From assembly GCA_019113345.1 (NCBI GenBank), contig DXHQ01000100.1:8445-72444 (forward strand): 64,000 nucleotides of DNA, given 5' to 3'. The notes below the pieces were generated by a model that made no database searches, was not told the origin of the DNA, and saw only the letters and a list, made by a program, of their open reading frames with translations. Shown one piece after another: positions 9,301 to 19,310 of the stretch. Every line of letters starts with the position of its first letter. The first letter of the stretch is position 1. This stretch comes from Candidatus Faecalibacterium intestinigallinarum. GTDB taxonomy: Bacteria; Bacillota; Clostridia; Oscillospirales; Ruminococcaceae. The translations under genes and the position numbers were made by a program.

Positions 9301-11292
9301 TTATGCCTTCGCGCTTCCCTTTTTCTGGGAGGCGCGGTAAGTGTCGATGGCCGCGCTCAGGCGGACGCGGGCCTGTTCCAGCGAGGTGTGCTTGAGGACG
9401 GTGGCCGCCATGGTCTGGTGGCCGCCGCCGCCCAGGCTCTCCATGATGATCTGGACGTTCACCTGGCCCATGCTGCGGGCCGAGATCTTGACCATGCTGC
9501 CGTTTGCCACCGCCACAAAGCTGGCCTGCACCCCCTCGATGCTGAGCAGGTCGTTGGCCGCCTGCGGGACGGCCACCTGCGCCTCGGCGGGCAGCTCCCC
9601 GCTGAGGACAATGGCGCAGCCCTTGTACATCTGCGCCTTGGCCACCAGACTGGCCTTGGCGTTGTACTCGGGCAGGCTGACGTCGAAGAGGGCCCAGGCG
9701 CGCTCGGTCTCGGCGCCGTAGCGGCGCAGGGCCGCGGCGGCCTCAAAGGTGCGCACGCCGGTGTGCAGGCTGAAATTGCGGGTGTCCAGCATGATGCCGG
9801 ACAGCAGGCCCTCGGCCTCGATCCGGGTGGGCTTGTCGTCCCGGCTGCCGACATACTGCAGCAGCTCGGTGACCAGCTCGCTGGCCGAGGAAGCATAGGG
9901 CTCGTGGCAGACAAGGACGGCGTTTTCGATATAGCCCACCCCCTTGCGGTGGTGGTCGATGACGGCGACCTTGCCGCACTTTTCCAAGATCTCCTTGCTC
10001 TCCACCTGGCCGACCTGGTATGTATCGACCACGATGCAGAGGGTCTCCTTGGTGATGATGGCGAGGGCGCTGCGCGGGTCGATGAAGTCGTCCTCCTGCC
10101 CGGCGTCCTCGATGGCGTTGATGAGACTGGTGGCCAGCGTCGCCTCCCGCTTGACGGCGATGACGGCGGGCACATCGCAGATCTTGCAGATGCGCAGCAC
10201 ACCCTCGGCCGAGCCGATGGCGTCCAGGTCGCTCATCCGGTGGCCCATGATGACCACATGGTCGGCCGCTTTGATCAGCTCGACCAGCGCCTCGGCCACG
10301 ATGCGGCTGCGGACCTTGCTGCGCTTTTCCACCCCGTGGCTGACGCCGCCGTAAAAGGTAAAGCCGTCGGGGGTCATCTCGGCGGCCTGGTCGCCGCCGC
10401 GGCCCTGGGCCATGTCCAGCGCCTGGACGGCCATCTCCTGGGCCGCGTGGAGGGTGGGTGCCCGCCGCCCGATGCCGATCGAGATGGACAGGTTGATGCC
10501 CGGTTCCAGCGCGCGGATCTTGTCCAGCACGTCATAGCCCTGCTGGGCGAACTGCTCCAGCTGGCGGTCCTCGACGACGGCGATGTACCGGCCGTTGGCC
10601 ACCCGGCGCAGAAAGCCGGTGCCCCGGGCGATCATCCCCTCGATGGTGCGGTTGATCCGCTCCAGCAGCCGGGCGCTCTCGCTGTCCAGCATATCGCTGA
10701 AGACGTCGTCGTACCCGTCCACCGAAAAGATCATGTAGCCGGGACGGCTGGCCTTGTACTCGGTCTCGATCTTGCGCAGGGCGGTCTCGTCGTTCAGGAC
10801 AAGGATGCTGGTCTTTTCCTCCCGGTCGGCCTTGTCCCCGCCGCCCACGGTGGAGGCGTGGATCCGCCACACCCCGCTGGCGCAGGCCAGCACCTGGCCC
10901 TCGGGGGTGCCGCACTGGGCCAGCTCCAGCCCGGGCAGCATCTTGTTCACCCGGCCGGCCAGCTGGTCGCCGCCGTTCAGGACGCGGTCCCGGAAGGGGA
11001 CGTTGTACCAGACGACGGTGTCCCCGCTGAGCAGCGCCGCCGGCTGGGACAGGGAGGCCAGACTGTACTGGGTGCGGGAATTTTCAAAATTGCTGCCGGC
11101 CACCCAGCGGGCCACCCACCGCCGGACCCGGTAGCGGGTGACGATGACAAGCGCGGCGCAGAGCACCAGCGCCGCCAGCAGCGCCGGCCAGGCCGCCGGC
11201 TGCAGCAAAAGCATCAGCAGGGCCAGCACCGCCGCCAGCAGCGCAAAGCCCACCGTAAACATTTCAAGCGTCCATCTGGGTTTCTGCTTCAT
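9301..11292 (-). CDS. gdpP: GdpP-like DHH/DHHA1 phosphodiesterase (c-di-AMP phosphodiesterase family)
   Basis: Two N-terminal TM helices, a central PAS/degenerate GGDEF-like region, DHH motifs (MGHRMSDLDAIGS, VIDHHR) and the DHHA1 motif GGGGH. The position near rplI-dnaB matches Bacillus yybT. Confidence 0.85.
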   Translation of the reverse strand: MKQKPRWTLEMFTVGFALLAAVLALLMLLLQPAAWPALLAALVLCAALVIVTRYRVRRWVARWVAGSNFENSRTQYSLASLSQPAALLSGDTVVWYNVPFRDRVLNGGDQLAGRVNKMLPGLELAQCGTPEGQVLACASGVWRIHASTVGGGDKADREEKTSILVLNDETALRKIETEYKASRPGYMIFSVDGYDDVFSDMLDSESARLLERINRTIEGMIARGTGFLRRVANGRYIAVVEDRQLEQFAQQGYDVLDKIRALEPGINLSISIGIGRRAPTLHAAQEMAVQALDMAQGRGGDQAAEMTPDGFTFYGGVSHGVEKRSKVRSRIVAEALVELIKAADHVVIMGHRMSDLDAIGSAEGVLRICKICDVPAVIAVKREATLATSLINAIEDAGQEDDFIDPRSALAIITKETLCIVVDTYQVGQVESKEILEKCGKVAVIDHHRKGVGYIENAVLVCHEPYASSASELVTELLQYVGSRDDKPTRIEAEGLLSGIMLDTRNFSLHTGVRTFEAAAALRRYGAETERAWALFDVSLPEYNAKASLVAKAQMYKGCAIVLSGELPAEAQVAVPQAANDLLSIEGVQASFVAVANGSMVKISARSMGQVNVQIIMESLGGGGHQTMAATVLKHTSLEQARVRLSAAIDTYRASQKKGSAKA

Positions 11293-11330
11293 GGCGGATG
11301 CCTCTTTCCCCTCTCAATCATAGCGAAAGG

Positions 11331-13166
11331 TCAAACTTTGCCCGACGCATTCACTTCCATCAGGACAGGCAGGATCATCGGGCTGCGCTTGGTGCGCCGG
11401 TAGATATAGCTGCTCAGCGCCTCGCGCATACGGGTCTTGACGCTGTTCCAGTCGCGGACGTGCTCCTCGACGCAGCGGTTCAGAGTCATTTCGACGGTGC
11501 TCTGGGCGCCGTCCATCAGACTCTCGTTCTCGCGGACATAGACAAACCCCCGGCTGACCAGGTCCGGCCCGGCCAGGACCTTGCCGGTCCGGCTGTCGAC
11601 GGTGGCCACAATGATGACCAGGCCGTCCTCCGACAGGTGCTTGCGGTCCCGCAGCACGACGTTACCCACGTCGCCGACGCCCAGGCCGTCCACCATCACC
11701 GCGCCGGCCGTCACCGGGTCGCCCAGCTTGATCTCGTCCTGGGTGAGGATGACGTTGGAGCCGTTTTCGGCGATGAGGATGTTGCTGTGGGGGATGCCGA
11801 GGCCCGCCGCGGTGAGGGCGTGCTTTTTCAGCTGCTTGTACTCGCCGTGGACCGGCAGGAAATACTTGGGCTTGGTCAGGGTGAGCATCAACTTCTGCTC
11901 CTCCTGGCAGGCGTGGCCCGAGACATGGACGTCGTACATGCTCTCATAGATCACCTCGGCGCCCAGCAAAAGCAGGCCGTTGACGATCTTAGTGACGCTC
12001 TTTTCATTGCCGGGGATGGGGTTGGCCGAGATGATGATGAAATCTCCCGGGCCCACCCGCACCTGCCGGTGGCTGCTCGAAGCCATCCGGGACAGCGCGC
12101 TCAGCGGCTCGCCCTGACTGCCGGTGGTGATCAGGACCACCTCGTCGGGGGCGTAGCGGTTCAGCTCGTCGATGCTGATCAGGGTGCCGTCCGGGATGTG
12201 CATATAGCCCAGTTCCTGGGCCATGGCGGTGTTGTTGACCATGCTGCGGCCGCTGAAAGCCACCTTGCGCCCCTCCTGCACCGCCAGATCGATGATCTGC
12301 TGGATGCGGTAGATGTTGGAGGCGAAGGTCGCAATGATGATCCGCTTGTTGCGCGCCTGGGTGAACAGGTTGTGCACACCCGCGGCCACCTTCTGTTCAG
12401 TGGCGGTAAAGCCGGGGCGCTCGGCGTTGGTGGAATCGCTCAAAAGGGCCAGCACCCCGCGCTGGCCGTACTCGGCCAGGGTGGTCAGGTCGGTGGGCCC
12501 GCAGGCCAGGGGGGTGTAGTCGATCTTGAAGTCGCCGGTCTGGATGATGACGCCGGCGGGGCTGTCGATGGCAAAGCCCACCGCGTCGGGGATGGAGTGG
12601 TTGACATGGATGGGCTCGACGGTGAAGCACCCGAGATGGATCTTCTGCTTGGGGACGATCTCGACAAAGCGGGTGCGGCCGGCGAGGTTGAACTCCTCCA
12701 GCTTGTTGCGGATCAGGCCGATGGTCAGTTTGGTGCCGTAGACCGGCAGGTCCAGCTTCTGCAGCAGATAGGGGATGCTGCCGATGTGGTCCTCGTGGCC
12801 GTGGGTGATGAGCAGGCCCCGGATCTTGTCCTTATTCTGCAGCACAAAGGTGAAGTCGGGGATGACCATGTCGATGCCGTACATCTCGCTGTCGGGAAAG
12901 ACCAGGCCGCAGTCGACGATGATCATATCGCCGCAGCACTCATAGACGGTCATGTTCTTGCCCACTTCGCCAAGGCCGCCCAGCGGATAGATGTGGATGG
13001 GGACGGCCGCCCCGCCCCGGGCGGGCTGCGGGCGGCGGGGCCGCCGGGCGTTGTACACCGGGCGGCGGCGCTGCTGCTGGGCGCGGCTGTCCGCGCCGGA
13101 GTTATCCCGCCGTGCGCCGGCCGGGCTGCCAGTATTCTCTTTCGTTGTTGCCATTTGTACCTCCAA
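11331..13166 (-). CDS. rnj: ribonuclease J
   Basis: Metallo-beta-lactamase motif HGHEDHIG, a beta-CASP body and a C-terminal domain. Carries an unusual ~55-aa Arg-rich N-terminal extension ahead of the conserved IYPLGGLGEVGKNM. Confidence 0.93.
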   Translation of the reverse strand: MEVQMATTKENTGSPAGARRDNSGADSRAQQQRRRPVYNARRPRRPQPARGGAAVPIHIYPLGGLGEVGKNMTVYECCGDMIIVDCGLVFPDSEMYGIDMVIPDFTFVLQNKDKIRGLLITHGHEDHIGSIPYLLQKLDLPVYGTKLTIGLIRNKLEEFNLAGRTRFVEIVPKQKIHLGCFTVEPIHVNHSIPDAVGFAIDSPAGVIIQTGDFKIDYTPLACGPTDLTTLAEYGQRGVLALLSDSTNAERPGFTATEQKVAAGVHNLFTQARNKRIIIATFASNIYRIQQIIDLAVQEGRKVAFSGRSMVNNTAMAQELGYMHIPDGTLISIDELNRYAPDEVVLITTGSQGEPLSALSRMASSSHRQVRVGPGDFIIISANPIPGNEKSVTKIVNGLLLLGAEVIYESMYDVHVSGHACQEEQKLMLTLTKPKYFLPVHGEYKQLKKHALTAAGLGIPHSNILIAENGSNVILTQDEIKLGDPVTAGAVMVDGLGVGDVGNVVLRDRKHLSEDGLVIIVATVDSRTGKVLAGPDLVSRGFVYVRENESLMDGAQSTVEMTLNRCVEEHVRDWNSVKTRMREALSSYIYRRTKRSPMILPVLMEVNASGKV

Positions 13167-13407
13167 GACAAACGCGGCAGAGGCTTTTGCCCATGCCGGT
13201 GGAGAGACCGCGGTGCAAACGACCCGGCCTCCGGTAAGTAACTATCTTCAAAGCCGTTCTGCGGCTTGTTCGTCTGTTTTTTGCTGTTTTTTGCCCTGTG
13301 CGGCCGTTTTGGCCTGGACGGTCCATCTGTTCAATGCGACCGCGGCCGGCCGGACAGGCGGCGGGCGCGTGCCTGCACACACCCTTCTGCGCGTTCCACT
13401 TGCCACA

Positions 13408-13436
13408 ATTATAGTATTTATACCGCCTTTTGTCAA
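13408..13436 (-). promoter_or_regulatory. sigma-70-type promoter for rnj (implies a ~235-nt leader)
   Basis: Minus strand TTGACA-17 nt-TATAAT, a perfect consensus. Confidence 0.55.
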
Positions 13437-13477
13437 TTCGAGCTTGGGCGGCCAGGCCACGAAATATACATTTCCCC

Positions 13478-13507
13478 TTGACAGCAGGGCCCCTCTGCCT
13501 CTAATAT
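13478..13507 (+). promoter_or_regulatory. sigma-70-type promoter for rnhA-mnmA
   Basis: TTGACA-18 nt-TAATAT, about 50 nt upstream of the rnhA ATG. Confidence 0.45.
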
Positions 13508-13558
13508 AAGAGGGATACAGGGGGCCCTGCGCCCCGGTTTTTGGGACAGGAGTATGCC

Positions 13559-14023
13559 ATGAAAAAAGTTGAGATCTACACCGACGGCGCCTGCAGCGGC
13601 AACCCCGGCCCCGGCGGCTGGGGGGCGGTGCTGCGGTACCGCAGCGCAAACGGCCAGGTCTTTGAAAAGGAGCTGAGCGGCGGCGACGCGTCCACCACCA
13701 ACAACCGGATGGAGCTGACCGCCTTCATCGAGGCGGTGGGCCTTTTGAAGGAGCCCTGCGAGATCCGCTACTGCTCGGACAGCCAGTACGTCATCAACGG
13801 GCTGGAAAAGGGCTGGGCCAAAAGCTGGCGGGCCCGCGGCTGGAAAAAGGCGGACAAGTCCCCCGCGCTCAACCCGGACCTCTGGGCCAAAGCGCTGGAC
13901 CTTGCCGAACGGCACCGGATCACCTATGTATGGGTCAAAGGCCATGCGGGCCACCCTGAAAACGAGCGCTGCGACCAGCTGGCCGTAGCCCAGAGCAAAG
14001 CACACGGCGGGAGGCAGAACTGA
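13559..14023 (+). CDS. rnhA: ribonuclease HI
   Basis: [25 protein letters not shown] and the NNRMEL and [13 protein letters not shown] motifs. AGGAG RBS 6 nt upstream of the ATG at 13559. Confidence 0.93.
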   Translation: MKKVEIYTDGACSGNPGPGGWGAVLRYRSANGQVFEKELSGGDASTTNNRMELTAFIEAVGLLKEPCEIRYCSDSQYVINGLEKGWAKSWRARGWKKADKSPALNPDLWAKALDLAERHRITYVWVKGHAGHPENERCDQLAVAQSKAHGGRQN

Positions 14024-14024
14024 T

Positions 14025-15092
14025 ATGAGCGAGACATTGTTGCCCGGCAGCGGGTTTGACACCTACGAAGAACAGGACAAGGTCCTGGTGGGGATGAGCG
14101 GCGGGGTGGATTCCAGCGTCGCCGTCCGCATTTTGCAGCAGCAGGGCTTTGCGGTGACGGGGGCGGTCATCCGCTTCTCCCCCGCCCACGACGCGGCGGT
14201 GGAAGCCGCCCAGAAGGCCGCCAAACAGATGGACGTCGAGTGCATCGTCCTGGACGCGCAGGAGCTGTTCGAGCAGGAGGTGGTGGCCCCCTTCTGCGCC
14301 GACTACTGCGCCGGACGCACCCCCAACCCCTGCGTCCGCTGCAACCCGGCGGTCAAGTTCACCGCCCTGCTGGCCGCAGCCGACAAGCTGGGCATCCAGT
14401 ACATCGCCACCGGGCACTATGCCCGGGTGGAGGTGGACGGCGACGGGGTCTCCCGCATCCACCTGCCCGAGAGCGCCGCCCGGGACCAGAGCTATATGCT
14501 CAGCCGCCTGGACCAGGACGTCCTCAGCCGGCTGATCCTGCCGCTGGGCGAGTTTGAGAAGGACGACGTCCGCGAGATGGCCCGGGACTTCGGCCTCGAC
14601 TGCGCCGACGCGCCCGACAGCATGGAGATCTGCTTCATCCCCGACGGGGACTACCCCGCTTTCATCGAAGCGCGGGGCCTCGCGGGCAAGGCCGGGCACT
14701 TCATCTCCCCCGACGGGGCCGACCTCGGTCCCCACCAGGGGGTGCTGCACTACACGGTGGGGCAGCGCAAGGGCCTCGGCATCGCGCTGGGCGAGCCGGT
14801 CTTTATCCGCGAAATCTGCGAAAACGGCGACATCCGGCTGGCCCGGGGCGGAGAGGAGTACTTCACCACCGTGACGGTGGCCGGCCTCGTCACCCCCGAC
14901 GGCGCAGCCCTGCCCGCCGGGGAATATCTGGTCAAGGTGCGCAGCGCGGCCCCGGCTCAGCCCGCCGTCTTTGACGGCACAGACACCCTGACCTTTGCCT
15001 CGCCGGTGCGGGCCCCCGCGCCGGGACAGACCGCCGCCTTCTACCGCGGCGGCGCCGTCGCCGGCAGCGGCTTCATCACCCACGCCGAATAA
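14025..15092 (+). CDS. mnmA: tRNA 2-thiouridine(34) synthase MnmA
   Basis: PP-loop GMSGGVDSSV, conserved Cys residues and a 355-aa length. Confidence 0.93.
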   Translation: MSETLLPGSGFDTYEEQDKVLVGMSGGVDSSVAVRILQQQGFAVTGAVIRFSPAHDAAVEAAQKAAKQMDVECIVLDAQELFEQEVVAPFCADYCAGRTPNPCVRCNPAVKFTALLAAADKLGIQYIATGHYARVEVDGDGVSRIHLPESAARDQSYMLSRLDQDVLSRLILPLGEFEKDDVREMARDFGLDCADAPDSMEICFIPDGDYPAFIEARGLAGKAGHFISPDGADLGPHQGVLHYTVGQRKGLGIALGEPVFIREICENGDIRLARGGEEYFTTVTVAGLVTPDGAALPAGEYLVKVRSAAPAQPAVFDGTDTLTFASPVRAPAPGQTAAFYRGGAVAGSGFITHAE

Positions 15093-15098
15093 ACAAAG

Positions 15099-15133
15099 AC
15101 GCCCCGGACGCACAGAGCGTCCGGGGCGTTTTA
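15099..15133. terminator. bidirectional intrinsic terminator between the convergent mnmA and mgsA
   Basis: 13-bp stem ACGCCCCGGACGC/GCGTCCGGGGCGT, flanked by an A-run on one side and a T-run on the other. Confidence 0.7.
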
Positions 15134-15137
15134 CATC

Positions 15138-15545
15138 TTAAAGCTGCGGGGGGTTGACGATATTCCGCCAGTCGAGGTCGCCCCGCTCCAGACCGTGGAT
15201 CAGCACTTCGGCGGTGGCGATGTTGGTGGCCATCGGGATATTATGTACGTCGCACAGACGCAGCAGGGTCATCTCGTTGGGCTCGCTGGGTTTGGCATTG
15301 ATCGGGTCGCGGAAGAAGATGAGCAGGTCGATCTCGTTGCAGGCGATGCGGGCCGCGATCTGCTGGTCGCCGCCCTGCTTGCCCGACAAAAACCGCTTGA
15401 CCGGCAGGCCGGTGGCCTCTGCGATCAGTTTGCCGGTGGTGCCGGTGGCCACCAGCTGGTTCTGGCTCAGGATGCGGCAGTACGCCGTGCAAAACTGTAC
15501 CATCAGTTCCTTTTTGGAGTCATGTGCAATCAGCGCAATCGTCAT
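15138..15545 (-). CDS. mgsA: methylglyoxal synthase
   Basis: [16 protein letters not shown]...ATGTTG...GGDQQI are typical MgsA motifs; 135 aa. Confidence 0.93.
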   Translation of the reverse strand: MTIALIAHDSKKELMVQFCTAYCRILSQNQLVATGTTGKLIAEATGLPVKRFLSGKQGGDQQIAARIACNEIDLLIFFRDPINAKPSEPNEMTLLRLCDVHNIPMATNIATAEVLIHGLERGDLDWRNIVNPPQL

Positions 15546-15734
15546 CCCTATCCATCTCCTTTGTTCTCAAACCTCAAAATCAATACCATATATGGCAGAC
15601 CACGCTACCACTCCTATTCTAATGTTACCACATTTTCCTCAGATTAGCAAGCGTGTTTTGGACAAAACCTTCAAATTTTTGAGAATCCGCCATTTTTGTC
15701 CTACCGATGCAAAGATTCTCCCCCTCAAACCCGG

Positions 15735-17780
15735 TCATTCCAGCAGCTGGCCTTCCTGAACGGGAGTCATCCCGTTCGAGCGCTCGAAGAAATAGGCGTT
15801 GAAGATATCGGCCACCAGTTCGCCGGCGCGGGAGCCGCCGCCGCCGTATTCGACCACGATGCCCACCGCGATCTGCGGGTCCTCCACCGGGCCGTAGGCA
15901 ATGATGGTGGAGTTGGTGTAGTACTTGCCGTCTTCGTCCTTTTCGCTGCGCTGGGGGGTGCCGGTCTTGCAGGCGATGGTGTAGGGGTAGTTGGCCAGCC
16001 CCGCAACGGTCTGGGCCGCGCCCACCATCCCCTCTTCCACGATGTCGAAAGCGCCGCCGTCGTTGGGGATGATCTCGACGATCTCGGGGGCGGTCTCTTC
16101 CAGCACCTCGCCGGTGTTGGTGTCCAGCAGGGCCTTGACGAAGTGGGTGCGGTAGCGCACCCCCTTGTTGGCGATGGTGGCCGCATAGGTGGCCAGCTGG
16201 ACCGGGGTGACCACCGTGTTGCCCTGGCCGATGGCGGCCTGGACTTCCAGCGAGGCGGTGTAGTTTTCGTCCTCCTTGGTGGTCAGACGGCCGGTGGACT
16301 CGCTGACCTCCACCCCGGTGGGGGTGCCCAGACCCAGCCGGTGGGCGTAGTCGTCGTAGACGTCGCTGGTGATCCGGCGGCCCACGTCATAGAAGAAGAT
16401 GTTGCAGCTCCACTTGATGGCGGTGACCACGTCGATGTCGCCGCTGTGGCCGTGGCGGGTGCAGCGGGGGTGGTAATCGCGGAAATAGTTGTAGACGCCG
16501 TTGCAGTAGACGGTGCTGTTGCGGTCGATCTCCCCGGTCAGCAGCGCCGCCACCGCCACCGACGGCTTGAAGGTGGAGCCGGGGGTGTACAGGCCCTGCA
16601 GCGCCCGGTTGTACAGGGGCAGCCCCGGGTCGGCGCTGTACTCGCTGTACTGGCTGCTGTAAAGGTTCTGGTCGTAGCTGGGGTAGTTGGAGCAGGCCAG
16701 GATGCCGCCGTTTTTGACGTCGATGACCACCACCGCGCCGGCGCTGGCATCGACGCCGTAGGTGTCGGCGATCTGCTGGACGTTGCGGGCCAGCGCCTCG
16801 TCCACCGCCTTCTGGAACTCGCTGTTGACGGTCAGCATCACCGTCTTGCCGGGCTGGGGCTCGGTGGTGATGCTGGTGTCGATGATGACGCCGTCGCTGT
16901 CCCGGGTGATGGTCTCGACGCCGTCCTGGCCGCGCAGCTGCTCTTCATAGGCGGACTCCAGGCCCGAAATGCCGATGACGTCGTTCATGGCGTAGCCGCG
17001 GTCCCGCAAAGGGTAGGTGGTCTGGCCGTTTTCGTCGGTGACCCGCCACATCTCGGCGGTGATCTTGCCCACCCGGCCCAGCACATGGGGCAGGATGGTG
17101 CCGTCGGTGTAGCTGCGGACGCTGGTCTCGGCGATCTCGACGCCGGGCAGGGTCAGGCTGTACTCCTTGACGGTGGCCACCGTCCGGTCCGAGACGTCCT
17201 CGGCCAGGACAAAGTTGTTGACGTTGGAGAAGGCTTCCTGCTCCATCTGGTAGTGGATGCCGCCCAGAATGCGCTGCCAGACGGGGTCGTAGCCCTCCAG
17301 CTCGTACTCCTCGATCAGGCGGTCCATCACATCGTCGGCGGTGGCGTACTGCTGCAGGCCCAGCGCCTCCTTGACCCTGGCGATGGCGTTCTGGTCGCTC
17401 GTGCTGTCCGCGTCGCCGGTGAAGGCGTAGTGGCCCGCCCCGTCGGCGTAGCCGATCAGGAGGGTGTCGTTCCAGCTTTCGCCGTTGGCCTGCAGGATCT
17501 CCACCGCGCTGCGGATGGTCTCGTTCAGGTCGTTGTCGCCGATCAGCAACCGGCTGAGCTCGACGTTGTAGCAGGTGGTGCTGGTGGCGATCCGCCGGCC
17601 GGCGCTGTCCACAATGTCGCCCCGGGCGGCCGTCACGTTGAAGCGGTATTCGGTGGTGCTGGTGGCGCGGGCGGCAAACTCCTCCCCGTGCACCAGCTGC
17701 AGAAAGATCAGCCGCAGGGTGTACAGGGCCAGGACCACCGCAGCCGCGGCGATCAGCAGCGCCAGCCGGCGCACCACCAT
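15735..17780 (-). CDS. mrdA: penicillin-binding protein 2 (elongation transpeptidase)
   Basis: N-terminal TM segment, a PBP dimerisation domain and a transpeptidase domain with STFK, SCN (SxN) and KTGT motifs. Lies immediately downstream of mreD. The start is trimmed to the ATG at 17780; a TTG at about 17795 is also possible. Confidence 0.9.
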   Translation of the reverse strand: MVVRRLALLIAAAAVVLALYTLRLIFLQLVHGEEFAARATSTTEYRFNVTAARGDIVDSAGRRIATSTTCYNVELSRLLIGDNDLNETIRSAVEILQANGESWNDTLLIGYADGAGHYAFTGDADSTSDQNAIARVKEALGLQQYATADDVMDRLIEEYELEGYDPVWQRILGGIHYQMEQEAFSNVNNFVLAEDVSDRTVATVKEYSLTLPGVEIAETSVRSYTDGTILPHVLGRVGKITAEMWRVTDENGQTTYPLRDRGYAMNDVIGISGLESAYEEQLRGQDGVETITRDSDGVIIDTSITTEPQPGKTVMLTVNSEFQKAVDEALARNVQQIADTYGVDASAGAVVVIDVKNGGILACSNYPSYDQNLYSSQYSEYSADPGLPLYNRALQGLYTPGSTFKPSVAVAALLTGEIDRNSTVYCNGVYNYFRDYHPRCTRHGHSGDIDVVTAIKWSCNIFFYDVGRRITSDVYDDYAHRLGLGTPTGVEVSESTGRLTTKEDENYTASLEVQAAIGQGNTVVTPVQLATYAATIANKGVRYRTHFVKALLDTNTGEVLEETAPEIVEIIPNDGGAFDIVEEGMVGAAQTVAGLANYPYTIACKTGTPQRSEKDEDGKYYTNSTIIAYGPVEDPQIAVGIVVEYGGGGSRAGELVADIFNAYFFERSNGMTPVQEGQLLE

Positions 17781-17821
17781 CTTGTGTTCATCCAAGGCAG
17801 GGGTCCCTCCTTTCCGCGGCT

Positions 17822-18355
17822 TTACAGCACGCCGTTGTCGATCTTGAAGGTCTGGCTGATCCAGCCCGCCGCCCGGTAGAGCAGGGCGGCCAGCGCCCCG
17901 CTCATCAGGACGGTGAGGGGGATGTAGGCCAGATACCGGCCCAACATATCGCTGTAGCCGGGCATGGCGTAGTAGAACAGAAAGTCTCCCGACAGCACCA
18001 GCCAGACCGCGCCCCCCGCCAGGAGGGCAAAGTTGAAGGTGTTCAGTTTGAGGTAGAGCTGGCCTGCCACCGACACCGCGAAGCTGAGCCCCATGACGGT
18101 GAGGGCCAGCAGTCCCGCCGTCCGGCCGGCGGCGTAGTCCCACATCAGGCCGCAGACCGCCCCAAAGAGGGCGCCCGAGAACTCATCCTCCCAGACGGCG
18201 ACCGCCAGTGCCAGCGGCAGCAGGAGGACGGGCTTTGCCTGCCCGATGAGCAGAAAGCCCGGCAGGGTCTGCACGACGGTGCAGGCCAGCAGCAACAGGA
18301 AATACAGGCCCCATTTATAAAGCTGGGAACGCCTGCGTTTACGGCGCGATTCCAT
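17822..18355 (-). CDS. mreD: rod shape-determining protein MreD
   Basis: 177-aa polytopic membrane protein directly after mreC. The start is trimmed to MESRRKRRRSQLYKWGLYFLLL. Confidence 0.8.
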   Translation of the reverse strand: MESRRKRRRSQLYKWGLYFLLLLACTVVQTLPGFLLIGQAKPVLLLPLALAVAVWEDEFSGALFGAVCGLMWDYAAGRTAGLLALTVMGLSFAVSVAGQLYLKLNTFNFALLAGGAVWLVLSGDFLFYYAMPGYSDMLGRYLAYIPLTVLMSGALAALLYRAAGWISQTFKIDNGVL

Positions 18356-18368
18356 ACAAGACCTGCCT

Positions 18369-19199
18369 TCAGTAATCGGTGATGATGAATGCCTGCTTGA
18401 CCCCGAACACGTCGGCGTCCGGCTGGATGACCGCGACCACCGAGGTGCCGCTGGCCTCCGGCTCGATGCTGACGATCCGCCCCACCAGAATGTCGGGCGG
18501 GTAGACGCCGCCGAGACCGGTGGTGATGATCTCATCCCCCACCGAGGCCATCGACTCCCGCGAGAGGTCGGTGAAAACGCACTGCCCCTCGGGAGCGTAG
18601 GCGGCGTCGCCGGTGAGGATGCCGTTGTCCCAGGTGCGGGAGACCACCCCCGCAGCGTTGAAGCTGGGGTGCAGAATGGTCAGCACCCGGCAGCTGGTCA
18701 GCCCTGCCTCGATGACGGTGCCGAGCAGGTGGCCCTCGTCATCGATGACTGTGTCCCCCCGCTCCACCCCGTGGGCGGTGCCCTGGTCGAGGGTAAAGCC
18801 CCCGAAGGCGTCCATCCCGTCCCGTCCGATGACAAAGGCGGAGACAAAGCTCATTTCGGGGTGGTCCTCCTGGATGCCGGCCAGGTTGCGGAACGCCTCG
18901 TTCTCCGCTTTCAGCTGGTCGTACTCCACCAGCTGGCGGCGCAGCTCGGCGTTCTCCTCCCGCAGGGCCTCGTTTTCGGCGATGGTGTCGTCGATGCTGG
19001 TGTACTTGTCCCACACCGAGGACACCCCGCCGGCTACCCAGGCCGCCGCCTTCTGGAACGGGGCGGCCGCCACGCTCAGCAGTTCCTGCGGGGCGGCGGT
19101 CAGCCGGCCGTTGGCCGCGGCGTAGAGCAGCAGCCCGGCCAGAAAAACCGCCACCGCGATCAGGATCCTGAATTTCCAGGTCTCAAAAAATTCCTTCAC
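18369..19199 (-). CDS. mreC: rod shape-determining protein MreC
   Basis: TM anchor, a coiled-coil segment (ENEALREENAELRRQLVEYDQLKAENE) and a C-terminal beta domain. GTG start at 19199 with a GGAGAA RBS. Confidence 0.88.
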   Translation of the reverse strand: MKEFFETWKFRILIAVAVFLAGLLLYAAANGRLTAAPQELLSVAAAPFQKAAAWVAGGVSSVWDKYTSIDDTIAENEALREENAELRRQLVEYDQLKAENEAFRNLAGIQEDHPEMSFVSAFVIGRDGMDAFGGFTLDQGTAHGVERGDTVIDDEGHLLGTVIEAGLTSCRVLTILHPSFNAAGVVSRTWDNGILTGDAAYAPEGQCVFTDLSRESMASVGDEIITTGLGGVYPPDILVGRIVSIEPEASGTSVVAVIQPDADVFGVKQAFIITDY

Positions 19200-19310
19200 G
19201 GCCGTTCTCCTTCCCCTGGGTGAAAAGCACCGGGTCGAAAAAGCGCGGACAGCCGGTGCCATCCGCGCTTCATACTTATCAGGTTATGCCGGCAGCGCCG
19301 GGTTATGCGC

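Noticed and set aside
9280-11403. Other long antisense ORFs: 9280-11403(+), 11298-13241(+), 15696-17879(+), 21348-23723(+), 39826-41361(-), 41351-42775(-), 42726-45143(-), 45409-48573(-), 48567-49931(-), 50605-51828(-), 59886-61847(-)
   Set aside because: - Each lies opposite a gene with family-specific motifs.
- None has an RBS-supported start or any recognisable domain.
- All share the GC-driven low-complexity composition.
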